NCBI GenBank assembly: GCA_043228905.1
Contig: JBHGNT010000018.1
Location: 15,996,001-16,060,000 of the forward strand
DNA: 64,000 nucleotides
Reading direction: 5' to 3'
Source of the DNA: Azolla caroliniana
Lineage: Eukaryota > Plantae > Polypodiophyta
Under the pieces are notes generated by a model, which had not been told where the DNA came from, did no database searches, and worked only from the letters and a program-made list of their open reading frames with translations. The position numbers were made by a program, and so were the translations under genes. How positions within the stretch are numbered: the first letter of the stretch is position 1; each line of letters begins with the position of its first letter. Positions 37,819 to 50,475 of the stretch are shown here, in pieces.

Positions 37819-37992
37819 TCCACCCTAAACCCTAAACCGCACGTCCTCCGGTACGTGCCAAGAAGAGAGAATGTGAGATTTCGGCTACGATGATCAATCA
37901 GATTCCTCCACCTCCTTGTGTACATAACTCAAGTTTGTAGGTTCCGTCCTACTATCTTCATCGTCGGGGTGATCGAGGTCAGGGTCCTCATC

Positions 37993-40468
37993 TTATCTTT
38001 TCTTGAAAATCTTTAATCTTTTTCCCGCAATGGGTATGTCCAACCTTGATCCATCTAGCTTTGCAAGGTGGTATGTGGCATTGTTGTTGGCACTTATCAC
38101 TACATACGACCCGAACCATCTTCTTGCGAACTTTCTTGTTGTATTGTGTTGATTGTCAAGGTTGTTGTCGTAGACCAATACCCAATCTCCTTCTTCGATC
38201 TTCTTAGGACGCAGTCGATGCGTCTTGTCGAACCGAATTTTGTTCTTCACTTGGGCTGTCTCCATCATCATTCGTGCTTTTTCTAGATCTTCAGGTCTCC
38301 TTTCAAGTTGCCTTATTCGTGCCGCTAATAATTCTTCTCTGCTTATTTCGTCCTCCCATGGTATCGCTACCCATGAGGCGATCGTCCTCTCGATGGGCAT
38401 TATCGACTTTTGTCCATACATAAGCTCCGTTGGCATATACCCTGTCACTGAACTATGTGTAGTTCTGTCGGCCTACAAGGCATAGGGCAATAGTTGTGGC
38501 CAATTCCCGACTCGACCATTGCATACTCGTACGATGGCTTTGACGATTGGTCCATGCCCTCACTCGATCTTCCCATTCGCTTCTGGATTGTAGGCAGTCA
38601 TGAGGGAGAGCTTCACGCCTAGTCGATTGAAGAGCTCCGTTGCTTCGTGTGCATCCAACTCCCCTCGATCAACCACTATCTTTCCTACACATCCGTATCG
38701 GCAGACAACCTCTTCAAGTAGAAATTTGCAAACAGCTAACGTCCTCTTATTTGCCAAGGCCCGTCCTTCCACTTGATTTGTCAGGTCTTCTCTTGCCAGT
38801 ACTAAGTACTTCATTTGTCCCACTCCCATTGGCATCGAAACCAGATCCACCATCCATTTGAAGTGTATGGTGAGCGGGTATGTCAGTCGTAACTCATCAT
38901 GATGATGTATGTTCGAATGTACTTGGCAAGTTTCGCATGTGGACACGAAATGGAGTATATCTTTGTACATGCTTGGCCACCAATACTTTTCCTTCAACTT
39001 TTTGAACGTCGCCCATGTTCCTCTATGACCCGCCCAAGGACTCTCGTAGAAGTCGGTTATTAGCGTCACTTGCTCTTCTTTCTTCACCACCACCCGACGT
39101 GGCATTCCTGTCCTTTTTGGGTGTCGCCAGAGGAATCCTCCCTTGAGGAAGTATTGGTAAGATTTCTTCTGGATTCGTAGAGCCTCCTCTTTTGTCAACG
39201 AAGCATCCGCCAACATTGTTCTTAAGAATCTGCCGATCAGTAACCACTCTCCTTCGTACTCGTCCTCGTTGAAGGCGTGGAGGGTTAGCGTGTCCTTGTC
39301 TGCCGCCGATAGTTGAGCCATCTTGAAGAAGTCGAGGGTGACGTCTTCATCTTTTGAAACCATGTCACTTTCATTCTCAAATCTTGCCCTCGACAGCGTG
39401 TCTGCCATGGCGTTCTTCTTCCCTGCAATATGGCGGATCTCTGGGTTTAAAGACTTGATATAGGCAATCCACCTTAGCATAGCTAGATCTGGTGTTGCAC
39501 ATCCTGAGATCATCCCGAGGATTGGGAGACAATCTGTCTCAATTATTACTTCTAGATATGATAAAATGTGCATGCTCCAAGGAACCTTCGAACCTCCATT
39601 TGGTTTACACATTCTTCTTTCATATCCTGGATTGCGTTCACCTTGTATGGCAAAGGCTTCCAGCCATATGCTCTACACAAGTGACCTACCACCAAGATCT
39701 CTGGTTGCCCGAATGCGGAATTTTCTCCCGAAAATGTCAAATTCGCATCTTCGAGCCTTTGTAGATAGCTCAAGTCCACGACATTCTTGGTTTCGCCGAT
39801 GGTGTCGTTAAATGAGGCTTCTTCCATAATATGAGTCACGAACTCTTCCTTTTCTATTATATTTTCTTCTTTCAACATCTTCTCGAAGTCTTGTATACGA
39901 CGCTTGTCCTTCTCGTCGGGTAGTACTAGTTTACATGCGCCACTAAGTGTGACACATGTTGCTTCTCCTCGCAATCCACGCGCTCTACTCCATTGTGGGG
40001 ACTTGTGATCGCTCAGACTATTTGTGCCCCATGCTTCAATAGTCCGCTCTAAAAATCCGAAGCATCTTCTCCAAGACAATCCCGATTCCTTTCATGGTTG
40101 GCACGTACAGTCAAGAATTGTACGTCCTTCTTCCCATCAAGACTCCTTACTCGAGCAAATGCCGCACCATTGTCGAACACTTTGGTTTCCATCCGTGATG
40201 ATGTTATGTACGGTTGCCCAAGAATGATGGGATGGGACACCAAGTCTTGAACAAAAAAATGTTGATCTATCTCGACATCGCCAATTGTGATAGGGATGTT
40301 AGGACATGCCCCATACAAGTCTTCGGTAGCTTTCGTAGCAGAACGGATCTTCCACCCATGATTTGTATTTATGGGCCATCTTCCCTTCCTGTAGACCTCA
40401 GTCGACATAAGGTTGATTTCGGACCCATGGTCTATTAACGCTACGACTGTCTCTTTTCTTTCCCCCAA
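37993..40468 (-). pseudogene. pol: Gypsy pol: protease, truncated RT, RNase H, integrase
   Basis: ALIDHGSEINLM; LQRLEDANLTFSGE; ETDCLP; HRGTWAT...CETC; DRGE...AYNPEANGKIE. Confidence 0.9.
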
Positions 40469-41794
40469 CTTTACTGGTGTCTCCGTCGTTGCTCATGCCC
40501 AATGAGGCCAAGTATAGTGGTTGTCCACCATATCTTCCTCGACTTCGTCTCTTGCCATCGTTATGGCATTCGCTTTTACTTTTAGTGGCTTCTCTTCTTC
40601 TTTGTCCGACTGTTGCTTTTTCTCTTTATGAGGTCCACAATTGTATTATGGAACTCCTTCTTCATAATGCCGAGCTATTCCCTCAAGGACAAGGTCACGT
40701 GGCTATCAAGAACACGTTCCTCGAGAATCCTCTTCAGATCTGTCGTCTGCTCTATGTCCGACCTTAGTTTATAGGTAGGCCTAGTTCTTGTCTTCTGAAC
40801 AGGGTCTTCGACACCAATCTTCACGGGTCGTACCGTTTCTTCAACTCGTTTGCTTGACTCTTCTTTCTAGTTTGAGTCTCCATCCTCTGTTCGTAAAGCT
40901 CGAGTTGCATCTACATCTTCTTTCTTCTTCGTGCTCCTTGTTTCATGTCTTTTTTATGGGCTTTGCTCTTCTATTCTTTTTCTCTTTTCTTCGACGAACA
41001 CCTCGTGGTTGTCGCACATCACTTCTGCGAGTATGGTGTTGTCATCCATCGGATCTGACCATCCGGTGATACTTTGTACACTTCGGTCCGCAAGCTCTAC
41101 CTCGTTCAAAGTGACTTTTCCCTTCTTCTCATACTCAAGAACGGTAGACCAGAACTTTGTTCCCGTTCTAGCAACTTCATTTTTATCTTTTCCGACTCTA
41201 ATTCTAGCCGATGCAGCATAGTGTATTGCATCCACATGAGTCGCCTCAACATCTTCCGTAGATTTCTTCATTCCCCATCTTCCGAAATTCACCCGCAAGG
41301 GTCTTCGAGTTTCAGTCGAGTAGATCATGTTGTCATCCATGTATACAATATTTTGTCAGATGGCCTCTCGAAGGCTCGTGCAATCCCTTCTCATGTGGTC
41401 CATGCTATCGCACCACACACATCTAAAGGGTTCTTTTCCTTTGGGGACCCGACGATTCATGTTGGCTAGCGTGAACATCTCGAACTTCTTCGCTAGCTCT
41501 TCGATGATGTCGTCATCAATCTTCTTTTCTTCGGGGCTGCTTTGTTTACTTTCGGTTGTCTTGTTTTCTCCGTGATAGTCGATCCCGCCAAGTCGGTGTC
41601 ATCAACCCACTGACACGCTTATCGAGCCTATTGCATGCTCTCTTTACCGCAACCCAGTCCGCCACAAGCCCGTTCGCTTGGGTATCATCTTCGAGAAGAG
41701 TCCTCCTCAAGCATCACTTGGTCCATGGCAAGGAGACGACGAAACATTTGGTCGAATTCGTCGTACACCCTCGAGGTGCTCATCTTCTTATTTT

Positions 41795-42896
41795 TCGTGA
41801 GGCGGAACCACCGGGGTTCTAGACCGGAAGGACTCGAAGTTTGCACTAGCTTTAGCGAGAAAGGAATTAAGATAGATTGAAAGAGAGAGATTGAGATAAG
41901 ATAGAACTCTTGACTTTTGATTAAGAGAGATTAAGATTGAATTCTTGACTTTAGATTTGAAGAACAAGATTGATATATCAATTGGATAACAAATTTCTTA
42001 CTTTTAATTTCTTGATTAATACATCACTCCCTTTGATCTTTTTCATCCACCCTTTTATAGATGCTCCCATGCATATGATGCATAATCAAGCTCTAATATG
42101 AGAATTTACATGTAAAAGTATAATGATAGGAAAAACATTTCTAAGAAAATGAGATAGCCTAGTGGTAAGTCTATTGCCTCCTACTTTGGAGGTGCAAGGT
42201 TCAAGCCTTGCTTGCATCCCTTTGTATACAAACTTTTACTAGGTTTTTTAGTCTAGATATTCTGTTTGTTTCACACCGAAATCATCGCGATCAACCTATC
42301 TGATCGATCCGTCTATCTGGTTCGCTTTCAAGCCGATGATGTGGTCTATCTGTTCCGGTTCCGATTGCGTCGCCATCCAATGCCGTTCCGGTTCCGGTTG
42401 CATCGTCGTCCGGTGTTGATCCGGTTCTGGTGTTGGTTCCATTGCCGTCCATCCGTCCGGTTCCGGTTCCGTCGTCGTCTGTTCGTCAAGTTCCAACTCC
42501 GTCCAAAACACTATTTTGAATAACTTGGCTGCATCCTTTCATCCAAGTTAGACAACCCAACCCTTTTGTGTTCCTAGCACTTAGATGAAATATAAAGAGA
42601 TATGGATCTACTTATATACTATTACATCCCGATGTGGTCCTATCTATGTGGGATATCTCACAATTTTGTTTTTTCTCTTCTTCTTCTCAAAATTCACATT
42701 CACATAACTTGACACTAATTTGTCCATTTCACATGTAGTAAAATGTATTCGGAAGCTCTTGAAGACATCAATCTTTTCGAACCAAGATATAAAATAATAT
42801 CTTTATTATTATTGTTCCATATTGTGTGTGAAGAACCACACTCGATTTTGTACATTCCATGCAATTTTAACACTATGAGCGAAAATCTTTACGACA
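41795..42896 (-). repeat. Gypsy 5' LTR (inner end and PBS deleted)
   Basis: Aligns with the left LTR from about 36707 and is fused directly to gag sequence. Confidence 0.9.
42148..42223 (+). ncRNA. Second copy of the tRNA-like Pol III module
   Basis: TAGCCTAGTGG at 42155-42165, GCCTCC/GGAGGT hairpin, and GCAAGG-TTCAAG-CCTTGC T-arm-like hairpin. Confidence 0.5.
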
Positions 42897-45583
42897 ACGT
42901 CCTGTGTGAGCGACTAGCTCTTGAGCTACATTCGTGATGCTAAGAGGCCAAAGGACATGTAGGCGAATCTCAAGGGGATTTTCGCCACTAGCACAACAGC
43001 CAGGAAGCTACAGTTGAGGCAGAAGCTCAGCATTGTCTAACAAAAAGATCTGTCTATGGCCGATTACACGACCCGAATCAAGGAGATCTGCGACTCTCTC
43101 GCATTCGTCAACGTGAACATCGAGGAGGAAGAAATGGTGCACGTTTTTCTTGGAGGGTTAGTGTCAAAGTTCAGAGCATTTTGAACGGTAATCTGCACAT
43201 GGGAGAATACGCTTTTGTTCTTTGAGCTTCAATCGATGTTGCTCGTGGAGGAAAATCACGCGGGTGCGTCGACGAGTACGCACGCCAACGATAGGATGTT
43301 GTACACGGAGGAAGATAGGCCCTGTGGTCGTGGCAGTCGAGGCGGATCGGCGCACAATGGAGGCGGCCAAAAAGAGCAAAACGTGCAGCATAATCAAAAT
43401 GTTGGAAGTAGGAGGAGTCATAGCGGCGTCGGAAGCCGGCAAGAGAAGGCCACGACGGAGTCCTAGTACTGTGGCAAGAAAGGCCACAAAGAGAGCGAGT
43501 GCTAGAAGAAGAGAGTTGATTCAGACAAAGCATGACCGAGCGGAAGAGACGTAGGAAGGCCTCAAAAATCACACTACGTCGAGGGCTCCGAACGAGCCGG
43601 GAATGGATCGGGCCCAGCCTTCGTAATGAAGCACAAGGCCAATTCGATGGTTGTGAACACCTAGAAATCGAGTGAGGTGTGGTATGTTGATTCTGGAGCA
43701 TCAAATCATATGACGATTCATGAGGAATGGTTCTCGTACTTGGAGAAACTGGAAAAGCAAGCAGTGATCGAAACGGGAGACAACACTCTGCATACCATCG
43801 AACATGTCGGTGAAGTTCCCCTTAGCCATGTCGCGCAGAAAGGGAAACTCATGAACGTGCTACACGTCCCAACGATAACCAAGAACCTGGTGTCGATCGA
43901 TCAGATCATCGACCAGGGGATGCAAGTTCGATACAAGCTACATCGAAGAGGAAGGCCAAGTCATCGTGCAAGGGCACCGTGAAGGGAGGATGTTCATCTT
44001 CGGCACCAACCAAGCTGGAACCGTGTTGTTCGTGAAAGGATAGAAGGTCGAATCAGATATCGACATGTGGCACAAGCGGTTCAACCATGTTAACTTCCCA
44101 CAGCTTCGCGAAATGTAGACGAAGAACATTGTTTTCGGTTTATCGAAATTTCGTAGCTGGAATTGTCAAGTCTGCAAACCCTGCGAAAGGAATTCCATTC
44201 CCCAATGAGCGTAATCGTAGTCGAAATTTGCTGTATTTGATCCATTTGGATGTGTGGGGATTGGCATAGAATGTGAGTCTCGGTGGAAGCCGTTACTTCG
44301 TAACCTTCATTGATGACTTCACTCAGCATACCTCGGCATGTACGATTGCGAAGAAGAGCGAAGTCTTCGCATGTTTCCTGAAGGTAAAGAACCTTGCAGA
44401 AGGGGAAATAGGGTATAAGATCCAATGCCTAAGGTCTGATGGCGGAGTAATTCTATGACCAGTTCATGAGTTATCTACAGAAGGAGGGAATTCGACACGA
44501 ATTCTCGTGTAGATATATGCCGGAGTAGAACGGTGTAGCCGAGTGGAAGAATCGAACAATCGAAGAAGCTGCCTGGGCAATGCTTGAAGAGAAGCACATG
44601 CCGAAGTTTTACTGGGCTGAAATCGTACGAACGACTTTTTATTTGCAGAATTGGACTTTTGCTAATGGAGGAGTGTCACCACATGAATTGTATTTCGGGA
44701 AGAAGGCGAACCTGGCACACCTGAGGATTTTCGGCTACATTGCGTATGTGCATGTGCCGAAGGAGAAGAGGAGGAAACTGGACGCCAAAGCCAAGAAGTG
44801 TATCTTGGTCGGCTATTCAGACGAGCGGAAGGGGTATAAGTGCTATAACCCCCGAACAAAGAAATTTCGCGTAAGCCGAGATGACGTGTTCGACGAGTCC
44901 GCTTCGTGGTACTTGCCTTCACCTCCAATACCTCATGACTCCATTCTGAATTCTGAAGAAGAGGTCAGAGAGGCTGAGCTGCCTCCGCATGATGAGGAAA
45001 TCGGAGCTCTGACAGAGAGTCCGATCTCATTTCGGCTAAGTGTGCCGAATGAGGGGTTGGGACGAGATGGCCAACCAAATGAAGAGCCGACGAGTAGTGG
45101 AGACTCGGCTGTTTTGTCCCCATGTAAAGAACCGAGGAGATGGTTTACGTGTAAAGAAAAAGGGAAGAAGAAAATGTTGGAATACGATTTCGGTAGTGCC
45201 GAGTCAGATTGGAGCGAATATGACTTCGGGCCAATCGAGAAGGAACCTCCGCGGAAGAGGTCGAAATCGGCCGGAAAGGTCATGAAATCGGGTAATCACG
45301 AATTACGCCGATCTACCCGCCTGAAGAACCCTATAAAAAGATACGGGTACAATGAATACATGGCACACCATTATGTGTATATGACACGAGTGACGGAAGT
45401 GTGTGAGCCAGAGAGCTACGTAGAAGTAGTAGAAGACGCAAGCTAGCGTGCCGCGATGGTGGAAGGGAGGCACGCATTATCGGACGACGAGACTTGGGAC
45501 CTGGTTGACACACCGATGAGTGTATAAGGTCAACTACAACACGGACGGCTTTGACAACCGCTACAAGGCCCGATTAGCGGCGA

Positions 45584-48500
45584 AAAGCCCCCAATCAGTG
45601 ACAAACGCCATCTTCTCTTGGTCTTCAGGATCGTCTAGAAAACTGTACATGTCATGCCATGCGACTGCGTCCAGTACGCTGTCGGTGAAAGGTAAAGGAA
45701 ACGCATATGTAATAGTTATGGCGTTCAATTTCCGATAGTCTACGCAAACGCGGATTTTTCCATTTTTCTTCGGGACTATGACTATCGGGCTCAGCCACGT
45801 AGCTTGCTTGACTGGTTGAATGAATCCAGCCTTGAGAAGTTTGTCAATTTCTTCTTTTACGCGAGCCACGTAATTCAGATTCATTCGGTATTGACGTTGC
45901 TGAACAGGTTTCGCGTCGGTAGCTAAGTTGATCTTATGCTGGTAGAATTTTGGATCCAATCCCTTCATGTCTTCATGGGACTAAGCGAACACATCTTTAT
46001 ATTCCTTGAACAAAGCTAACATCGCCTCTTTCTGATCCGGTAGTAAGTCTTTTGCGATGGCGAGTAATCGGGGATCCGTTGTCGTTCCTACGTTAACTTC
46101 TTCCAACGTTGAGGCAGTGACTTGTCCTGAAACTTCCATTTCTTTCTTGAATGCAGCCCGTGCTCGGTTTAATTCCATTATCGACTCTACATTTGGCTCA
46201 TAAGCCTCTTCGTGAAGTGTAGTGGGAGTAGCGTAATCCGTCTCGGTTTCTATTACGTCAATTTCGAATAGCGGGATAATTCGCGGGTGCTCATCCAGGT
46301 ATGCTTCTAGCTCTGTATCATCCACTCCTTCCAGCATATTTATGTCTTCCGCGTACAATGGTGTCATTCATTTGGGTTGCGCCGTCATTTCTTCTGTGGG
46401 TACGCGAACTTTGTTGCGTCCTCATCGGAAACTGATACAATTATGTTGCCAGCTCTGTTTGATGTTAGCCGAATGAAACCAAGGTCTGCCAAGCAGTATT
46501 GGGTACGCTCCCGGAGCGTCGAGTGCGAGTACTACCGCCGAGATGTCAAAGTACTGACCTCCAATGACGATGCCTAGTTTCCGGATTAACCCTAACGGCC
46601 TAACAGATTGGGTATCCGCCATGCGAAGCCAAAAGGGGCAAGCTTCCCATTCCAAGATTCCTAACTGTTGACACATCTTTGCACTAATCACATTAACGCC
46701 AAAGCCCCCGTCGATTATACAACCTGTTATTTCCTAGTTGTGTAGTACTAGCTTAATGGCTGGATTGTGGTGATCCACCACTATTGGTCTGGCGCTAGTT
46801 TCGACAAAATTTGCTGAGATGTTTATACCAGGCCTGCCTGTTATGCGATCTTCAATGGCCTGCCAAAATTGTGGAACTAGTTGAAGAAGTTTTTCCATGG
46901 TCATTGTTATTTTGCAGCCTGCCAGTGCTTGCCATATGGGCTCCGAGGATATTATGTTTTCTTCTATCGGCCCAACATTGTTTGCAGACTCTTGCCGCAT
47001 GCGCATCGTATTGGCCGCATTTGCTTTTTCTACCCATGCTTGGGCCGCTTTGCGTACCTCATCTTGTGCAGCCCAATCAGCATTCTTTGTTTGTTGTCGT
47101 GTAGTGACCTGCTAAACTTCCGTCATAATCGTATTTACGGCTGGTCCTTTGCCCTTGCACAGTGGACATTGAGTTGTGTAATGTCCAGGCTGTTGGCAAA
47201 CAAAACAATGTACACTGGACTCTCCTTTCTTTGCAGCTGGCGGCATATTCCTATCCCCAAGTGCCACTTGCTCCTCCTGGTCTTGTTGCATTCTCCTGGA
47301 ATTCTGGGGTGTTTGCGGTTGGTCCCTGCGTGAGTCCTGGCGCCGGTCATCCTTCGAACTTTCGTCGTAACGTCGTTGGTCCCTATACTATCGATGATTT
47401 CCTTGTGATCGAGGCCCATTGAATCCACCACGCTTGTTCGTTGAATGGTGGTTGTCCTAACGACACCCTCCTTTATTATACCGGTGGTTGCCCCAATATT
47501 CTTCGTTCTCCGGCTCCTCTTCATCGGAATTGTTGTTATTCTGGCAACTACGGTAGTGTCGGTCGTCGCGTGGATTTCGATCCGTATATCGGGGTCGTTC
47601 CTCTTGGCGCCTTTGATCATTTCAGCGGGGTGGTAGTTGTGGTTCTACGCGTCGTATTGTGGGCATAGGTCTGTTCAGCATATTGTGTTCACACTGCTCG
47701 ACTGTGTGTGCCTTTGAGTGACAAATTGGGCAGTGAATTCGCATACTGCATTCCACCGCGGAATGCTTGGAATTGAGGCAAATCGTGCACTGAATAGCTT
47801 GAAGAAAGTGGTGTTCCTCGTCCTGAGGCAACGCCTGTCGTAACGAGGACAAAGAAAATCCTTCCTCCTCTTTGTCCAACTCAAGTTGTAACACTCGCTC
47901 GATGACCATGTCGGTTGTTTCCCCTTTCACACTATGTGTGTTGAGCGTCGTCCTGATAGGTCGCCGCAGGGCTACCAAAAACGTCTCCCTAGCCTCGTCA
48001 TCTATCGGGGCCCATTCTAATTTCCACCGTAGATTTTGGAAATGTAAGCTAAAGTCCACGACAAATTCTGCTGGTAGTTGCTTGATTGTCTAGAACTACC
48101 TGATGATTTCGCGTTGAGGTACCCTCTGATGAAAAAATCCCAGAAATGCTGACTGCAACTAGTCGAAGGTGTTGATTGCTGGTAGATCCATCTGCGAATG
48201 CCAAAACGTGGCTCTACCATCCAAAGTTAAACCAAACTCTGTCATCTTTGATTGTTGCGCTTCCTCTTCTGGAAGTCGCTGCGCCATGTGATTCGCATTC
48301 CAAACGTTTAGGAATGGCCGGATGTGGCTTGCGGCATCTGTTTCGCCATTAAAGCGTGGGTAGGAGAAGGCCATTCCGGACGCTATGGTGGGCAAGGGAA
48401 GATCACAGTACTCATGTGGTGACAGAACTTCCTACTTGACGTCGCGGTGTTTTGCCTTGCGTGCTCCTCTGTCTGGCGTGTGATGGACCTCGTGAGTGAT

Positions 48501-49061
48501 CGGACTTGTCGGATCGGTTCTCTAGGCCGTCTACGGCTAGACATCCATCCCTTGTTGTTCATCTACGAGAAATCACAGATCACCAGGCGTGCCAAACGTG
48601 TTACCGATTAGGAACATTGTTTACGCTCAGTCCTTCGAGGTAGACCTCAAGGTGATCGTGTTTACAAGGAGTGGAACTATCCTATCGTAAATCGTAATGG
48701 GATACCACCTCGTATCTGGGTAGCATATAAGGGACACAACTACAACTGAACTCCCTAGGAAGTGCACTAGTATACACACTTACGCTTACATACACTTACG
48801 ATTAAACAGTACGCAACAGAGAAACAACGAACGGCCACACAGATAGTCACAAAGATAAGAGAAGATAGTATTCTATTAGAAAAAACGTTCTGCACTCCAA
48901 TTTACGCGCTACCTCTTACAGAGGATTTCTGCCCTTTCTATACACAGGGCGTTTAACTATTCACACTTCCCGCGTGAACCATTACATTCGCTTCTTAATG
49001 CTTTCCTATATTATAATATTTCTGCACTTCTGCCCGTCGGTTATGATTCCGGCGGACAACA
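45584..49061 (-). mobile_element. Tat/Athila-like Gypsy, 5' part (LTR-PBS-gag-PR-RT start)
   Basis: LTR 48599-49061 (TGTTACCG...CGGACAACA); PBS TGGCACGCCTGG ending at 48594. gag has two CCHC knuckles (47622-48059); protease IIDGGFGVNV; RT ORF 45561-45968. Confidence 0.88.
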
Positions 49062-49888
49062 GAGTCTTACTAGCTTCTAGAATACCGAAACCCAATTAAC
49101 AACATGTTTGTTCTCAAACATAATGTCGATCTTCTCCCAGAGTTCATGAGCCTTACTTTCTTCATTGAAGTTGTTGTACAGGCTCATGTCGATGAAGCAT
49201 CGGATGTATGTCGTCGCCTTCATGTGCATCACCTCCCACACTTTGGCATCGATCTTATCCGGTCTCTTGTCCCCGAACTGAACCGGCAACCAAAGATCTT
49301 TGGCCACCAGCATACCCCTCATCTTCGACTTCCACATTGAGTAGTGGGAGCCGGTGAGCTTGAACATGCCGCCGAACAATTCTTCCATTTTCTGTGTTGT
49401 TCGCTTTGGTACCAGTTTGTTGAGAATTAGCGTAGAATATTGCTCATGCCACAACCGAGTCTTGAACACTTCGATTAGAATGGAGAACACAAGATGTTTA
49501 CGTGGAAAACCCTAATAGGGAAAAACCACGGGAGCCCACAGACTCCAAACTATCACTATGAAGAGAAGGGGTACAATCGGAGACTCCGACGCAACGACCT
49601 CGAGCTCTGTATCTTCGTCAGGCGGCGGTTACAACAGAGTATCGCTCTGTATCTCTCTCTACCTCTCTATCGCTCTCACTGTACAACAATATAACAACTC
49701 ATACAACGTATATATAAAGTGATTGCCCTAAGTCATATTTATACTTATATGAACTTAGGGCTATTTACAAATATAGCCTCAATAGGGTTACTCAAGAAAC
49801 ATATTTACAGATATGTCTCTCTTCCGATTCGTCATACACCCTCTTTATTGATCACTGGATCCCATTCGGAGGGACCAATTTCCCAACA
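49062..49888 (-). mobile_element. Tnt1-like Copia 5' end (LTR 49418-49888, PBS, gag start)
   Basis: PBS TGGTACCAAAGC at 49403-49414; gag MEELFGGMFKLTGSHYSMWKSKM. The LTR is homologous to 62494-63031 and sits inside a family A LTR. Confidence 0.88.
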
Positions 49889-50475
49889 TTTTGCATACGG
49901 TTTTACGCACCTAGTCTACGTACTAGGTTACATACCCATTTACGCACCCAATGTTGAGCTTCTCTCTCAACACTCCCCCTCAAGCTCAACTTGAGGTTCC
50001 ATCTCCTTTTCTGGATCTTCTTTCCGGCCTCGCCTGGCTTCACGCCTCGCTTGCGCTCCTCGACCCATTGGATTCTATGCGCTTCGACCATTCCGGTCGG
50101 TTTGTCTGCTCATGCGGCCCTCCTCAACTCCCTTGTTGTCGCGATGTTGGCGCCTCTTCTGCTGCCCTTTCCTCTGATTGATCCTCAATCGATTCGTAAT
50201 GTCCGAATCGAACATTTTGATTAAATTTGTCATTTTCGATTTAATTCCTCTTTCACCTGAATTGGCTGTCTCCAATTCGTCTTCTGTTTTCAGGCCCTTG
50301 ACAACATCAGACCACATCTTGGTCTTGCTCTTTATGCCCTTCTTGGTTGTATTTCCCTTTTCTTCGGTTGTCTTCAGCTCGTCCTTTCGATTACGGCCCT
50401 TGTTTTCTTCTTCGGCTTCTTCAGCTGGCCCAAAATCGAACTCTTCATCCGATTCGGAATCGCGGTCACTACCGT

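Larger units (their letters stand above)
36678..42896 (-). mobile_element. Gypsy element (related to 1-6359) with two LTRs, internal deletions and apparent 4-bp TSD
   Basis: LTRs 36678-37818 and about 41795-42896, both ending TCTTTACGACA. Flanks are GCGT/ACGT. It carries gag remnants, protease 40049-40468, and RNase H-INT at 38560-39612 and 37993-38448. Confidence 0.92.
35948..45583 (+). mobile_element. Copia family A (LTR-PBS-gag-PR-INT-RT start), interrupted by Gypsy 36678-42896
   Basis: LTR 35948-36367; PBS TGGTATCAGAGC at 36368-36379. gag starts at 36470 and resumes at 42897; INT ORF 44580-45446. RT breaks off at about 45583. Confidence 0.92.
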
